The notes beneath the pieces were generated by a model. It was given only the letters and a program-made list of their open reading frames with translations, had not been told where the DNA came from and did no database searches. The translations under genes were made by a program, and so were the position numbers. Of a stretch of 64,000 nt of DNA, positions 33,801-44,951 are shown piece after piece. Origin of the DNA: Felis catus (Eukaryota); assembly GCF_018350175.1 (NCBI RefSeq), contig NC_058368.1, forward strand, positions 7,440,001 through 7,504,000. The letters run 5' to 3'. The first letter of the stretch is position 1; every line of letters starts with the position of its first letter.

Positions 33801-36800
33801 CGTGGCCGCCTTCGCCCTGCACACACTTCTCCTCCCAAATACTTGAAAATAGACAGAGAAAAACAGGCAACTCTCAAATGCAGCCCTTGGCCCTGGTGGG
33901 GAAACGTAGAATGTTTCTGCACTTTCTCAGAGATATAGTTTTGTGTGTGTGTGTGTGTGTGTGTGTGTTTAAGGACTGTTTAAACGTCTCCAAAGCAGAA
34001 AGCCATCGACCTTTTTTGTTTTGTTTTGGAAAAAATCCCCTCCTCCCCCCCAGCCCCCTCTGGATCAGGGCTTTAAAAGGGGCATGTATAGAAGTGGCTT
34101 TGTCCAACTCTCTGCCTCAAGGCCCATTGGAGATTCTGGGGGGCCTGGGGGCTGGGGAGATGGGGAGGGGAGAGTTGTTTCCAAAACCCAAACGTGCCCG
34201 CGGCTGCCCTACTCCTTCTCACAGCTCCCATCAGCTCGGTGGCCCAAGGACAGCCCCCCACAAAACACACAAACAGACAAGCTTCCCGGGTCTGGCTTCT
34301 TCTCAACCACATCCTCCCCCCGCCCCCCCACCAGCACCGGAGTGCTGTGTGGGCCGCCCCCCCATGCCAACGCCCAGCCCTAAGCTCTGGGGGTCCCAGA
34401 GGGCTATTTGCATTCAACTGGTCCACCCTTAGGGATTCTTTCCTTTTCTCCCACCCTCATCCAACTCTTCCCCGCAAGAAAAAAAAAGTGGGGGCAATGG
34501 GAAAACCTGGGTTTTTTTTTTTTTTTTCCTTTGTCTGACTTCAGCTTCTGGCAACATCCACGACCAGAAGACAGACATCCCAGAACACGCTTTGCACGCC
34601 TTGTCCTAGCACACCCCTCCACCCTGTGTTTTATTTCCCCGAGTCGTCGTGGTGGTTTTCCGGGGGGGGTGTCGGCAAATGAGGTGCAACTGAACTGATA
34701 CCCACATTTTCTGGTAAGGAAGAACAAGATAATTTGTGAAAGGGACCCGCGTCTCTGCCCTGCCTCCGGCTCACTCTGGCTTGTCGCTTGAATGAATGGT
34801 TTCCTTTGAAGTATGCCATGTCTTAGCTCATAAATGTAATCCAGCATCAAAGGTACTCAGGCCTGGTGATGCAAAACTGTTTACTCTTCGTTTCGACGTA
34901 CACAGAAAGATGCCCTTTGATTTCCCTGCCCTCCAGTGAGAGATGCAGAATAGACCCAGAAAAGCAAGCCGCGCACTGGCTTGAAAAGGCTGAGCTGGGA
35001 GGGCAGAGGCAGCTCGGCTGGCGAAGCCCAAACTTGGGCACGCATGGGTCACTGGGTAGGGGTGCCGATTGTGAAGAGCCATCCAGTCACGAAATCCATC
35101 TCGACAGTGTGTGCTGACCTTGTAGCAGCAACGTGCATCGGCCTGGAAGCCATGAACTTAGGTTGGCTCATTTTGCTTGAACGTGACGCACCCTCTGGGT
35201 CCGATGCCGTAAGGCTCGCCATAGGATTGACGTCAGGACACCCCAAAAGGGAAACGGGGGACTGAGTTTCCCTCGCCAAAGGGGATTATAGCCAGCACCT
35301 CTGCGTTTAACTCTTTACGCCCCTGGCCCTGGAATCCATCCAGCTGGGGGGAGGGGAGGGGCTGGGGCTGGCTCCGAGCTAAGGCTGGCACTTTCATAAC
35401 TTACACGCTCAGCAAAGTTAGGGCAGCTCCAGCTGGAACAGGCTGCCTGCGACGTCTCTCTGTGCGGGGACTGGAGAAAAAAAGTTCACTTTGGCTAATT
35501 TCTACTTTTCCACCATTAAATCTGCACCTGCAATGTCAGGGGTCACCAAATAATAAAATGTGGCATCTTTGAAACTGCTCAGTCACGTGAAAAGGGCTGT
35601 AATTGAGTAGATTCATTCTCTGAAGCCCCATCAGAGACACACGGCTCAGGGCTGGGGGGAGGGGAAGAGGGATGGGACCCCGGGAGGCAGGGCCAAAAGC
35701 GAGCCAGGCTCTGGGAGGGTACCCTGGGAGCCACGGTAGCCTCTGATGTGGTCCCCTGCTTTTGAAATTTGAGACTAAAAATAAATAAATATCGCACACA
35801 TTCACTCCATACACACTCCCATACCCACGCTGGCCTCCGGCCTTTGTGAGCAGTTTGACCTGATAAATGCGCTTGGCTGCAATCAAATAGTTCGGCTTTG
35901 ACCGATCCCATTTAAATATGTGAATTAGTCATGAAGCAGGACACAGCTTGGTGAGCTTGCTAAATTGCTAGACTCTATTGAAGGAGAAGGGAGCAAAAAA
36001 AAAGGAGACAGCCATAGTCAGCGTTCTCAATTAGGTGGAGAGGTGAGGGACATCCCAGCCTCGGCCACGTCCCCTCACGCAAGCCCGAGGCACGGCAGAG
36101 AGAAGGTGAAATCCTTTCCCGGGGCCACAGTGGGGGTGATGGGCAGAGGCCACTTGGGTACCCTTTGTGCAGCACCCAGTGGGACCCCGGCCTTCCACGG
36201 CACCGAGACTGTCCTGGGCTCCCCGAGGCGGCCGTCGGGTTTGCCCACAGGGAGAGGCCCGTTGGTGGTGGAATCCGTGAAGGCCCCACCCTCGGGCCAT
36301 TCGGGGCTCCATGCTGATGTCACGACTGTAAAGGCTAACCCGGAGTTTCCGCAGTGCATTTATGAAGCCTGACCCCCACCGTTCCCCACCCCAGGATTGA
36401 GAGGCAGGAGAGGCGGTCGGTCCCTCGCTCACAGGAAGGGTAGGGGAGGGCACTACCCAGTAGGGCCAACCGTGGCAGTGGACTTCATCTTCCCATGAAC
36501 AAATTCTGGTGATCCTGAAAACGTCCCACCATCCACACTAACCCAGGATCCCCTCCCCACCCCCCACCCCACCCCCACCAATGTTGCAAGGCTGGCAGTG
36601 CCCCAGCCGAGAAATCTAAGGGGAAGGAGGAAAGAAAGGTTGCCTCCAAGCTCCAACTGGGCCGGGGCTGGGGGGTGTGGGGGGCGGGGAGGGGGGCGGT
36701 CATGGCCGCTGCCCCTAGACAGTAAGACTGTCACACACCTACTGTTTCCAACCTCCCCTCCTAGCTCAGACATTCTGCACACCCTTCTACGACAAGTAGC

Positions 36801-37337
36801 TGCTCAATGCAGACCTTGCACCCCAAAGGCCACGATGGGGGCCCCCGGGGCTCTCTCGATTCTGCAAGGATGGTTACCGGACGGTAGTTCGGAAGTGGGA
36901 GGCCACTGGCTTGGTCTGCAGCATGCGAGCAATGAGCCAGGGCGGAAGCACAGCATAAAACAAAATAAAAATCCATGTGTCTTCTTGAACAGAAGCTTCA
37001 GGGCCGACAGCCCAAACGGGGGTAAAGGGCATGCCTACTGCAGTCTGCGCGGCCGCAGAAAGCCCAGCTCCGGGCTCCGTGAGGCGCCCCCAGGAAGGCC
37101 AGCACTCCGCAGGCCTTGTCGGCTTTGCCCTGGGCTTGCAGGCTCCCAGCCTCTCCCGGAGGGCTGAGGAAACCCACGGAGACAGAAGAACCCAGCAGCA
37201 TTGGCTGGAAAAGTGGGCTGCTTTTGAAATTGTAAAGTAGCAGCGCCCCCTGCCAGTGAGTAGCTGCAATAGCCAGCAAGCTCTCTCCAGCTGGGGGCCA
37301 GCCAGGACCCGCCAGGAGCTTCCCAGGTCTGGGGAAG

Positions 37338-37373
<36 letters not shown>

Positions 37374-39099
37374 CAGCAAAGCAAAGAGACGCTCTGCTTC
37401 TACAGAAATCTGGAGCTCATTTAGAATGCAGAGGTCCCAGCTCTGTCTTTCGTCCCCTGTCCCCCATGCCCAAAGAGGACCCAGGAACCAGCAAAGGACG
37501 TAGCGGGGTCCCTCTAGTCTTCCTGTCACACAGGATTGGGCTTGAGACAGACAGGTTGCAGGCTGGCCTGACTCTTGACCTCTCCTCTCCTTGCTTATGG
37601 TGGGACAGTCCTCAGCCAACTGGATGCTATAAATGGTGGCCTCACGACTATTATTATGAGCACCTCAAGGATATGATAGTCATGATCATTTCAATTACAA
37701 CCCCCCAGATTAGAAAAAAGATGTCACAGCTCTTGCGAATCTGGTGTTTATTCTTACTCCGGGGTCCCAGTAGCCGAATAACAAAGGCACTGCATTCATG
37801 TCAAAGTGTGAGAGAGCCTCACTTGGTTACAGTTTTGAAAGACTGCAAAGAATCTAGGCCAATTCCTGAGTTGGCTCGAACCTCCGTTCCTCCTGGCCTC
37901 CACTCCCCTATGTCATTCCTAGGTCCTGCCTTCGTTCTAGCCCTTCTGCCAGAGTTACGTGCACGTGTCTCCTACCTTTTGACAATTAAAAGCAGTTAAA
38001 ATTTGAACTCATCCCATTAAAACACAACCCTCGACTTTCTCTCTTCTGCATCCCAGACGTCAAACAATACCATTCAATACGCATCCTTGTGAAGAGCTGT
38101 TTCTGCACAACGTTGCATCAGACATGCGTCCCCAAAGAGAAACGCTCCTGTTCTATTGATCAACAGCGCACTCAAGACACGGCCTCCAATTCACGCAGGC
38201 TCCGGCGGGCCACCTTCCATGCATCATCTCAGGTACAGGTTAGAGCAACCCGCGGGAGTCCCGTGTGTCACAGCCAGAGAACTGTGTGCCATCCATGAGG
38301 CCTCCCTCTTCCTTAGCGCTGTCGTAACCTTCTGCCTCGCCTTCAAAACGTGCTCTGCATCTGGTTCTTTCTCGCCCCTTCACTGTCACTGCCAGAATCA
38401 AGACACTGTCCACGGTCAACTCCCAGCGAGGCCCAGCTCTCACTCACTGCTGCCTCTGTCGCCTCTGCTATCTGGTTTTCAGTCAGGCTACCTCCTTGGG
38501 TGGGAAGTTTGCTGGGAGTGAAGAAAGTATCTGGTCTTCTTCAGTCCTGGATCCCCAGCACCAAGCCCAGGGCCCAGCCCAAGCAGCTGCTCAGCAGACC
38601 TGTGTTGAACGCATCAGTCGATGAATGGCCTTTATGAGGCTGATGTCATCAGCCCAGGGAGGTTTAGGGATTTGCCTGCTGCCACACATCTAGCAGATGG
38701 GCGTGCGGTTAAGGCACCACGCCACCTGGAAGGCTGCGGGGCTGGCGGGCGTGCACCAGGGAGGAGAGTGGGGCAGGCAGGTGAGAAGATTCTGGAACAG
38801 TGATTACCGGCGAGATTCCCTCTAGAGCGTGTTGTGTAAGACTATGTGAGAAGCACATTCAATAGTTACATTTCTCGAAAAAAAAAATGTCTTTGGTTGT
38901 CATAATTCAGAGGGTTGAAAGCAAGGCTCTCTCTGCAAGACCACCCCCTCCAACCCCGCCCCCCCCCAACCCTGCCTCTGTCTGAGGATAACATAATACA
39001 GCACATCTCTGAGGACAGATTTTTGGATGTTTCTGAAGCAGGCCTAGAAAACTGCACGGGGCCTTTCTGCCTTTCTCAGGAGCAGAGAGGGCTCAAGGC

Positions 39100-39360
39100 G
39101 GCAGGGCGCGGGAACGCGGGTGAGGGGGGACCCAGCAGCTAGCAGGGTCCGAATCCCTGGGCTCCGGGGGGCGGGGAAGAGCCAAAGCGGCGCCAGGCCG
39201 AGTGCACGGCAGAGGGCACCCGAGAGCCGGTCCGCGGGCAGCCCAGCGGCCGCTGCGCCCCAGGGCCCCGGGCTACCTGTTCTCTTTGCAGGGAGTCAAC
39301 CAGCCAAGGGCTTTCTAAAACAGGAACTTGGCCTCTTCCTGCCCTCCGCTGCTCGGCTGT
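39100..39360. promoter_or_regulatory. Small orphan CpG-rich island
   Basis: Local CpG cluster with a GGGGCGGGG GC box and no adjacent coding exon. Confidence 0.45.
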
Positions 39361-39594
39361 GAAATCACCGTTTCTGTGTGGGAAAACGCTAAATGGCCTT
39401 GATGGGTATCTGTTTTTAAAACTGCTACCTATTATTATCCCTGTCGTTGCTACTAAGCAGGTGCATAGGTGGCAAATGGCTTCCTTCCAAGTCTTTGGGA
39501 TTAAAGGCAGGAGCCAGGAATGTTTGGGTCGTTGGTTTTTGTTTTGTTTTTGCTTGGCTTGTGAGGTGGGTAGCGGTTTTCGTCGTTTGGTTTT

Positions 39595-39836
39595 TCTTTT
39601 TTTTTTTTTAATAGATTTATTTATTTTTTTTTTCAACGTTTATTTATTTTTGGGACAGAGAGAGACAGAGCATGAACGGGGGAGGGGCAGAGAGAGAGGG
39701 AGACACAGAATCGGAAACAGGCTCCAGGCTCTGAGCCATCAGCCCAGAGCCCGACGCGGGGCTCGAACTCGCGGACGGCGAGATCGTGACCTGGCTGAAG
39801 TCGGACGCTTAACCGACTGCGCCACCCAGGCGCCCC
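39595..39836 (-). mobile_element. Young Can-SINE
   Basis: Near-consensus antisense copy. Confidence 0.9.
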
Positions 39837-39875
39837 TGGTTGGTTTTTCAACGTACAGAAGTTGTCCTTCGGGCT

Positions 39876-40298
39876 GAACCTAGGGGAAATCATGCTAAGT
39901 GAAATAAGTCCGAGAAAGACAAATACAGTATGATCGCACTTCTATGTGGAATCAAAAAAAAAAAAAAAAAAACAACAAGTGAACAAACGAAAGAGAAACA
40001 GACTCGGAGATACAAGAAAGAAACTGGTGGTTACTGGAGTGGGGAGGGGTTGGGGGAGCAGCAAAAAGATGGAGGGGATTAAGAGGTACAAACTTCCAGT
40101 TATCAAGTGAGTAGGTCATGGGCATATAAGGTACACCGTGGGGAATACAGCCAACAATATCCTAATAACTTTATGTGGTGACAGACGGTAGCTACACTTA
40201 TCATGGGGCTCATTTCGTAATGTATAAAAACGTGGAATCATATTGTACACCTGAAACGAACAGAATATTGTATGTCAATTATATTTCAATTTTAAAAA
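39876..40298 (+). mobile_element. L1 3' end fragment
   Basis: ATGCTAAGTGAAATAAGTC.GAGAAAGACAAATAC (end of ORF2), 3' UTR, and TGTACACCTGAAAC...TGTCAATTATATTTCAAT terminus. Confidence 0.8.
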
Positions 40299-40627
40299 TC
40301 AAAGATATATTCATGTCATATTACAGCTGTCGCTGATTATTTTGAAGTATTATTTACAGTTAGGACTACTAGACAAGCAGAGTAGTTATTAATTCCCATG
40401 CTTAGATCCTTTATGTTACACATTAACAACAGCTATAGATTACTATTTTAAGCATTGTCTTTTTGGGAAAAGGTCTTTTTTTTTTTTTTTCCCAGATTGA
40501 TTTGACACATCTCTGGTGAGATGCTTGAATTTTCACTTCCCAAAGAATTGATGGAATGATGGAAACAACTTTGTCTGTCGGAGAAGGTGCAGAGATTGGT
40601 GGTCAACCTTTAAATCCCCATATGCCT

Positions 40628-40721
40628 TTTCTTTTAAAGTTTATTTATTTTTGAGAGAGGGAGTGAGTGGGGGAGGGGCGGGGGGGAGGGAGAGAGGGGG
40701 AGGGGGAGGGGGAGAGGGAGA

Positions 40722-40776
<55 letters not shown>

Positions 40777-40901
40777 CCAAGCAGGCTCCACGTTGTCAGC
40801 ACAGAGCCCGATGCAAAGCTCAAATTCATGAACCATGAGATCATGACCTGAGCGGAAATCAAGAGTCAGACGCTTAACCGACTGAGCCACCCAGGTGCCC
40901 C
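40628..40901 (-). mobile_element. Can-SINE with expanded G-rich/(GA)n tract
   Basis: Antisense head at 40901; GGGGGA repeats and (GA)n at 40668-40772. Confidence 0.85.
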
Positions 40902-41104
40902 AACCCATACACCATTTCTTAAAGAACCTCCACTAAGGAATGAGATTCATGAAGTCCAAGAACGTTAGAGCTGGGACAATCTCTTGAAATTAAACCACCT
41001 TCTCTGTTAGATGGATGGAACAGGAGACCCAGCAAGGATAAGGGACTTGTCCAAGGTCATGGCGCTCTCCGATTCCACTGCGGTGCTCAAAGGAAAGCGG
41101 TCTC

Positions 41105-41400
41105 ACTTCCGGGCCAATTCATATGTCCGTCCAATTGTCTTCATGCCTTCGTCAAAAATCAGTTGTGCCGTGTGAGTATTCTTCTCGGTTCTTTATTCCA
41201 TTCCCTTGATCTAGGTGTCTTTCCCTCCATCAGTATCAGACTGTCTTGATTACTGTAGCTATATAGTAAGCCTAAATATGAGGGAGTGATTCCTCCCACT
41301 TTTTGTTCTTCTTCAAGATCGTTTTAGCTATGCTAGGGCCTAGGCCTTTCTGCATACATTTTTAGCCTAAGTCTGTCTGTGTCCACAAAAAATCTCATTG
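41105..41400 (-). mobile_element. Old L1 ORF2 fragment
   Basis: CTGTCTTGATTACTGTAGCT.TATAGTAAG...TTTGTTCTTCTTCAAGAT is typical antisense L1M sequence. Confidence 0.7.
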
Positions 41401-43249
41401 GGTTGCTATAAATTTTTTTTTTCTTTGTTTCCATCTAACTTCCGAAGGGTGATTTGGTCAAGGACATCTCCAAGATGTCCTCACTTGAACGGGGACCTTT
41501 TCAGGATAGAAAATGCCACGTATTTTATCCCTGTAACTGCCAGGACCCCCCTAGTACAATGTCGCGCATATAGTAAGCTCTCCATGAATATCTCTTGGGT
41601 GAGTGCTCAAAACACACGCCTTCATGCAAGGCAGACAATTCTGCAACAGACTCCAACGTTTTCTTCTGCTCTTGACCTCCCTTCACGCTTTCAGTCCATC
41701 TTACTTGTTTCTTCTAGGTTCTCTCCTTAAAACCCAGAGCCGGCCTGAACGATGTCGGCCATATCTGAGCTGACCGTGTCACTCCCAGGCGCATCTTTGA
41801 CAACTCTTGATGCGATATAAACTCTTGATGCTGAATAAAATCCAGGTTCTTCCATACCCTTCCCCCCCCCCCCCCAGAGACACCCTGTGTCACCCACCAG
41901 CGAGAAAACGTGTACAGAGATCTTGGGATGTGCTAGCGACCAGGAGAAATGAAAAGAATGGGGAAATACAACCCCTGCCCTCAAGGAGTTTGAAATGTGG
42001 ATCTTTTTCCTGAGGACCCTCCCCGCCATGCCGGGTCTGTTGGTTACACAGTCTTCTCTCATTTCTGTTCCAGGGCTCTGTTGCCGGGAGCAGTTTCTGG
42101 CCTGCGTGCTTTAGGCCTGGAGGAGACAACCGCCTGGTTGCCCAGGGTTCTAGGAGAAAGGCGCCAGGCTACTTGCTCTCGCCCCTTTTTCTTTAGGATC
42201 AGGTTAAAATATTTGCTTTCACCTGCTCTTCAAGGAAATCCAAAGGCTTAATAAGAGGGCTTTAAAGGCCTGTGAGGAGGCATCGTATATTGCCATGATC
42301 TAGGACTGTTTTTTCCTTATACAGAAGCTAAAATAAGCCACAGAAAGGAGGTAGCCTTCGATACCTACCCGTGTGTATTTTCGGAAACTGTTTTCCAGTC
42401 AGCATTAGGAAAACAGATTTTTAGGGCCCATAAACCTATAAATCTTCCTCCCAGACTCAGGGTGAATTGAGCAGGGTAAATAATTCTCCATACGACCATA
42501 ACCGGGGAAGCCAAAAGTGTGCCCAGCGTGTGGCCTGAGAGGTTCCCTGCCAAGATCCTGCCGCAGCGATGAGCCTGGGCTGTCGTGAGGGACCCTGATC
42601 TTCCTCAACCGCGGCCTTGAGACGTCTTCCTTTGTTGGGAAAACATCCCTGCCGGTCCCTTCTCCATACTCTTCACGGGACCTTCTTTCCCAGCCCAGCC
42701 GCCGGATGCTGGCAGCGCCCGGGGCTGAGTTCGGGTCCTCCCTCTGCCAACTCCTCCCACCGTAAAGACGACAGCAGAAGCACGTGGTCCTTGCTCCTCT
42801 GGTCTCCGTGTGAGAAGCTTCTCCAGAGTACGCGCTTCCCTTCACTTGCTGCTGGGTCTTGAGGGACAGGGGGGCTTGCCTCACTTGGCCCCTGACTCTG
42901 CCTTTGAAATCTGCCTACCTGCCCTCTGCCCTCTGCCCTCTGCACGGATGGGGGGCAGGGGGCAGATAAGCCCTCCTGTTGTCCGTCTGGTATGCAGCAC
43001 AGATTTCTCCCCTAAGCTGCTTAGTACCCCAACTTGTGTATCTCGCACACTGAACATGCTCCCCAATGGAACCCCGTACCTCCCCGCAGTGGCCCTTTCC
43101 TGATTTCCTGCTTCAATCATCCTAAATTTACCCGTTTTCCCACTCCAGAAACCAAGGAGCCATTCTCAACCTCCCACTTTGCCCCTCACCTCGATCTTCT
43201 AACCAACTGCTGTCAACCCTACTTCTAAAATACATAATTTAACTTTGTC

Positions 43250-43465
43250 CTTTTTTTAAAAAAAAAAATGTTATTTCTTTTTGAGAGAGAGAGAGAGAGC
43301 ATGAGCAGGGGAGGGGCAGAGGAAGGGTAGGTACAGAGGATCCAAAGCAGGCTCTGTACCAACAGCAGTGAATTAGCCCAACGTGGGGCTCGAACTCATG
43401 AACCACGAGATCATGACCTGAGCCAAAGGTCAGACGCTCAACTGACTGAGCCACCCAGGTGCCCC
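43250..43465 (-). mobile_element. Can-SINE
   Basis: Antisense copy; CTTTGTCCTTTT duplicated on both sides. Confidence 0.85.
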
Positions 43466-43628
43466 TACCTTTGTCCTTTTCTTCCGTCCCCACGGGCCCC
43501 AGTGCAGTCTCACCACTGTCACCTCCTGGGAAGGTACTGCATCGGCCTCCCTAATTTCCTCTTGTTACGTTCCAGACCATTCTCCACTGCACAGCGCCAC
43601 AGTCATGTTCTTCGGAAAAGAAAATCTT

Positions 43629-44432
43629 GAAAAATGCTCCACATCACTCCTCATCAGGGAAATACAAATCAAAACCACAAGGAGATACCACCTCACACGT
43701 GTCTGCGTGGCTAACATTAACAACTCGGGCCACAAGAGATGTTGGCGAGGATGTGGAGAAACAGGAACCCTCTTGCACTGTTGGTGGGAATGCAAACTGG
43801 CACAGCCGCTCTGGAAGACAGTGTGGGGGTTCCTCAAAAAACTAAAAATAGAACTACCCTACGACCCAGCGATCACACTACTAGGTATCTCTCCAAGGGA
43901 TACAGGTGTGCTGTTTCCAAGGGACACAGGCACCCCCATGTTTATAGCAGCACTATCGACAATAGCTAAAGTATGGAAAGAGCCCAAATGTCCATCGATG
44001 GATGAATGGATAAAGAAGATGTGGTATATATACACAATGGAGTATTACTCGGCAATCAAAAAGAATGAAATCTTGCCATTTGCAACTATGTGGATGGAAC
44101 TGGAGGGTATTATGCTAAGTGAAATTAGTCAGTCCGAGAAAAACAAATGTCATATGACTTCACTCATATGAGGGATATAAGATACAAAACAGATGAACAT
44201 AAGGGAAGGAAAGCAAAAATCACATAAAAACAGGAAGGGGGACAAAACATAAGAGACTCTTAAATATGGAGAACAAACAGAGGGTTACTCGAGAGGTTGT
44301 GGGAGGGGGGTTGGGCTAACTGGGTAAGGGACATTAAGGAATCTACTCCTGAAATCATTGTTGCACTAGATGCTAACTAACTTGGATGTAAATAAATAAT
44401 AATAAATAATATAAATTAAAAATAAATAAATA

Positions 44433-44493
<61 letters not shown>

Positions 44494-44512
44494 AAAGAAA
44501 GAAAGAAGAAAA
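43629..44512 (+). mobile_element. Relatively young, 5'-truncated felid L1 (ORF2 C-terminus, 3' UTR, A-rich/(GAAA)n tail)
   Basis: Uninterrupted frame to 44171 encoding the ORF2 Cys-rich end ([20 protein letters not shown]...MEYYSAIKKNEILPFA); TSD AAAATCTTGAAA at 43621-43632 and 44513-44524. Confidence 0.92.
44434..44506. repeat. (GAAA)n tetranucleotide repeat derived from the L1 tail
   Basis: Lies between the L1 3' UTR and the right-hand TSD. Confidence 0.95.
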
Positions 44513-44905
44513 AAAATCTTGAAAGCAGCAAAGAAAAATGACACATTACATACAGGAGACCAATTATTGAAACCGTGGAAGCCGGGGACAGTGAAACATC
44601 TTTACAGTGCTGGGAAAAAAACAACAAACTCACCAACCCAGAATTTCACGTCTGTGAAAATATTCAAAAATGCAGGTGAAAGAATTCAACTTTTGACCAG
44701 GATCGAATAAAAGAGATTAGGTTTACCCTCCTATTGGGGCACCTGGGTGGCTCAGCTGGTTAAGCGTCCGACTCTTGATTTCGGCTCGGGTCACGGTCTC
44801 GCGGCTCATGAGATCGAGCCCCACGTTGGGCTCCGTGATGACAACATGAATCCTGCTTGGGATTCTCTCCCTCTCCCCTGCCCCTCTCCCCATCTTGTGC
44901 GCGCA

Positions 44906-44951
<46 letters not shown>

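Noticed and set aside
27162..37999. Long ORFs at 27162, 29935, 30676, 33671 and 37256
   Set aside because: No recognisable domains, mostly non-ATG starts, and several cross microsatellites or L2 debris.
43605..44171. 188-aa ORF as a host gene
   Set aside because: It is the C-terminus of L1 ORF2 in a 5'-truncated copy with no promoter or genuine start codon.
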